A stretch of 64,000 bases of DNA from the NCBI RefSeq assembly GCF_964213995.1, contig NC_135803.1, positions 141,050,001 to 141,114,000 on the forward strand, given 5' to 3'. Numbering within the stretch: the stretch's first letter is position 1; each line of letters starts with the position of its first letter. Below are positions 61,101 to 64,000 of this stretch, one piece after another. The notes under the pieces were generated by a model. It was not told where the DNA came from and ran no database searches. It saw nothing but the letters and a program-made list of their open reading frames with translations. This stretch comes from Mustelus asterias. Taxonomy: Eukaryota. The position numbers and the translations under genes were made by a program.

Positions 61101-62821
61101 ATCTGTACCGCCATTCATACATTCTGATCTCTTAATGGACACTTTTAACACATTTCTCAGCCATCTTCATCCTCATTTACATTCCCTTTGTCCTTTTATA
61201 GCCCCCCCACTCTCATTGTATATATATTTTTTGATTCTCTTTGCCCTTAGCTCTGACAAAGGGTCATCCAGACTCGAAACGTTGGCTCTATAAGATTTGC
61301 ACTCCATCTGACGAAGGAGCAGCGCTCCGAAAGCTAATGGTATTTGCTACCAAATAAACCTGTTGGACTTTAACCTGGTGTTGTTAAAACTCTTGCTCTA
61401 TTCTCTCTCCACAGATGCTGTCAGACCTGCTGAGATTTTCCAGCATTTTCTGTTTTTGATTCGTATATTCCTGTTTTTCCATCTAGGAAGTAGGCTACTG
61501 GGCATTCTCCATCCGACCTCTTCTTTCATGCTCCATGCAAGATTCACTGACTCTGTGAAGCACATCTTTGAAGATGCACTATCAGTGCTACTTTAAAATG
61601 CCACGCTCTGTGTGGGACTTCAGATGTGACTCAAAACGGAATCTGAAAGAGTAACTGGCCATCGGAGCAGATATACGGAGGGAGAAGAAAGTTGCAAAGG
61701 AGAGAAAAGCCCAGCATCCTGAAAGCAGGGAGGACTGTTCCTGATACAACATCTTACCAACATTAATGTCAAGCAAGTATGAAAGATACTCTTACCCAAA
61801 TCCTAGTAGAGCAACATGAACATTGAATTATGTCATCATTTGTTGTAAGGAGAGTGGTTTAGGACATTTCTAAAAGCTGTGATAAAGCATTATAAAAGTT
61901 TCTTTTAAAATATTCATCATCCCAATTTTTTTCACAGAATTGTTACAGTACAAAAAGGAGGCCATTCAGCCCATCGTATCCACGTCAGCTCTCCGAATGA
62001 TCATGTCATCAATCTCCTGTCATCTTCCTGTAACCCTGCATATTTTTCTTTTCAAATAATCATCTAATTCTCTCTTGAATTTCTCAGTTGAACCTGCCTC
62101 CACCACACTCTCAGTCCAGACCCTAACCATTTGCTGTGTGAAAATGTTATTTTGTTATCTCTCATCTCGCTTTTGTCAATTACTTTAAATCAGTGCCCTT
62201 TCATTCTGAAAAGACTCTCAATCGGATTAACTTTCCTCGGGTATCTGATATTGACTCTTCGCTTAGTTTTGTTATTACAATAATATTGCAATTCTGCCTG
62301 ATGTGTGATATTAGTATTTTTGCAAACTTTATTTCATTATATGCTTTTTTTTATTCATTCGTGCAACATGGGCATCGCTGGCTGGGCCAGCATTTATTGC
62401 CCATCCCTAGTTGCCCTTGGAGGGCAGTTGAGGGTCAACCACATTGCTGTGGCTCTGGAGTCACATGTAGGCCAGACCAGGAAAGGACGGCAGATTTCCT
62501 TCTCTAAAGGATATTAGTGAACCGGATGGGATTTTCCGACAATCAACAATGGTTTCATGGTCATCAGTGTTGGTCACCCAACTGGTTTTTGATGTTGCTG
62601 TGTAATTGATAACCCATACCTCACACTTGTTAAAGATGCTGTTGCAGACCAGGGGAAAGTATGCGTCCCTTCTCCATGAATAAGTGTAATTGTTTGTGTC
62701 GATACTTCAACTTTCACACCCGTCTTCTTACTCACAATTCCAAACTTCCCAAAGTGTATGTTTACTTTCTTGTTGGTTACAGCTGCCTGCTCTCCAGTCA
62801 ACTGTCCATTTACCACAAGGC
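58040..62821 (-). CDS. Inter-alpha-trypsin inhibitor heavy chain (ITIH3-like), last four coding exons; complement join(62620..62821,59515..59687,58431..58533,58040..58184); 5' part lies beyond the window
   Basis: ITIH C-terminal domain: GLVVNGQL..FGKFGI..; TFVILLHRV..HRHFLGFY..THGLLG; QFYH..KPDTTMIV..VTR; GYQKDYR..CWLVH..DYVVPSLF*. Splice phases are consistent. Paralog identity is not resolved. Confidence 0.9.
58251..58380. mobile_element. Tiny PLE remnant (inverted tail plus hammerhead pLTR end) in the last ITIH intron
   Basis: Candidate TSD ATATTAAA at 58239 and 58381. Confidence 0.75.
58301..58337 (+). ncRNA. Minimal hammerhead ribozyme motif
   Basis: UCAC-CUGAUGA-A-GGAG(AAGUG)CUCU-GAAA-GC-UC-GUGA. 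Confidence 0.68.
58431..58533 (-). CDS. ITIH-like exon
   Basis: QFYHEIS...GHKLGVT|gtaaga. Confidence 0.9.
59515..59687 (-). CDS. ITIH-like exon
   Basis: FSISIVKNRN...FLGFYTHDSHRLSNMTHGLL|gtaagt. Confidence 0.92.
59930..61460 (+). mobile_element. Second PLE family, degraded RT C-terminus plus GIY-YIG and 3' end
   Basis: FINFASNFH..TWSISDTSLPFLDLSVSI..HYKP; NLVYCI..LYIGETK..FAEHL; the 3' end carries a hammerhead-like motif. Confidence 0.82.
61304..61340 (+). ncRNA. Minimal hammerhead ribozyme motif
   Basis: CCAU-CUGACGA-A-GGAGC(AGC)GCUCC-GAAA-GC-UA-AUGG. Confidence 0.75.
62620..62821 (-). CDS. ITIH-like exon
   Basis: LVVNGQLTGE...WSATASLTSV, AG/GT flanks. Confidence 0.88.
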
Positions 62822-64000
62822 CTGAATATAAATGGAAAAAATACATGAATTAAAGTTAATCAATTGTCAGAATGTCAAATTAAAAGAGAATTGATGTTGA
62901 CAATTGGAAATTCCTTGTCCAGCAGTTACGATGTTGCGAGAGAAATCTCCTTTTGATTTGACCGATATGTAATTATATTATGGATCATTAATAAAGTTAA
63001 TAAAATGTAGGCGACAAAATCTTTTTAAAAACTAACCACAGATGTTGGAAACTTCAAACCAAAACACTGCTGTGGCTCTGGAGTCACATGTAGGCCAGAC
63101 CAGGTAAGGTCAGCAGATTTCCTTCCCTAAAGAACATTAGTGAACCGGATGGGTTTTTCTGACAATCGACAATGGCTTCATGGTCATGAGTAGATTCTTA
63201 ATTCCAGATATGTTTTATTGGATAGATCAATCAGTTCTAACTAAGGGTAATACCCAAAGATTAAACCTCTCTTGTGTATTTTAAGGATGTTAAGGATCTT
63301 CTGTGTTTTCTGTTTTCTTATGAAAATAGACATTTGTTCTCGGAACGGAACAAACTCCTGTGGAAATTTTACCTAACTTTCCAACATGCCCTGTTGATAC
63401 TATTATATAATGCAGGACACTAAATAAGAAATATATTTTTAATATAAATTGAACTGAAATACAATATACTACTGCTTTTTCTATTAAATTTTAACTGTGA
63501 TTGGAAGCAGTTGATAAGCAGTATATATAATAAACTCTTACAACCCACATTGGGTCCAATGGATTTTAAATTAACACTGGCTTGAATTACTATAAAGACA
63601 ATAAGGATGTCAAGGATGGCAAGTTACTGAAAGCAGTTTTAAGTGGATCCTATCCAACGATCTTTATTCCTGGAAGGCTACTTTAGCATACCAATGAGTA
63701 AAAATGAAGGGAAATAATGTAGAGAAACATTGGGTGGTATTTTCTGGGTACATTGGCAGTGGGCTGGGATGTGTGAAGGCTGACAAAATATTGCTGGCCC
63801 CAAAGTCATCGTCCTGCTGCCATTTCATTTTGTTAACAGTGAGAAAGCTGGCAAACTTAAGCAGCATCACAATGGGCACCAGGCTAGGCCTCCTTTTTGG
63901 GCCCACCATGGCTCACAGAAATGACCTTCTCCCCCCACATCACCACAGCCACTGGCCCGGGACTTCAGAGACTGACCCTAGTGCCCCCAGATTCCATTTA

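Overview
Vertebrate genomic DNA, almost certainly a shark or other elasmobranch, inferred from its HE1/V-SINE-like and DeuSINE-like SINEs and its CR1, Rex1 and Penelope-like elements. It carries three spliced protein-coding genes that are also neighbours in human 3p21: a complete SPCS1 (+, 4 exons, 99 aa), a complete NEK4 (-, 16 coding exons, about 810 aa) and the last four exons of an ITIH3-like inter-alpha-trypsin inhibitor heavy chain (-). NEK4 intron 1 holds a frameshifted importin-alpha (KPNA5/6-like) retrocopy. The introns are packed with retroelements. The most striking non-coding signal is a dispersed set of Penelope-like element (PLE) ends carrying minimal hammerhead-ribozyme motifs with covarying stems. 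Several sit inside fold-back insertions: a 511-bp near-perfect inverted repeat in SPCS1 intron 3, a ~220-bp mini-element in SPCS1 intron 1, and a nested pair near 61.3 kb. GC-rich minisatellites flank the first exons of SPCS1 and NEK4. All gene and repeat identities come from manual reading and recalled homology; no database search was run.
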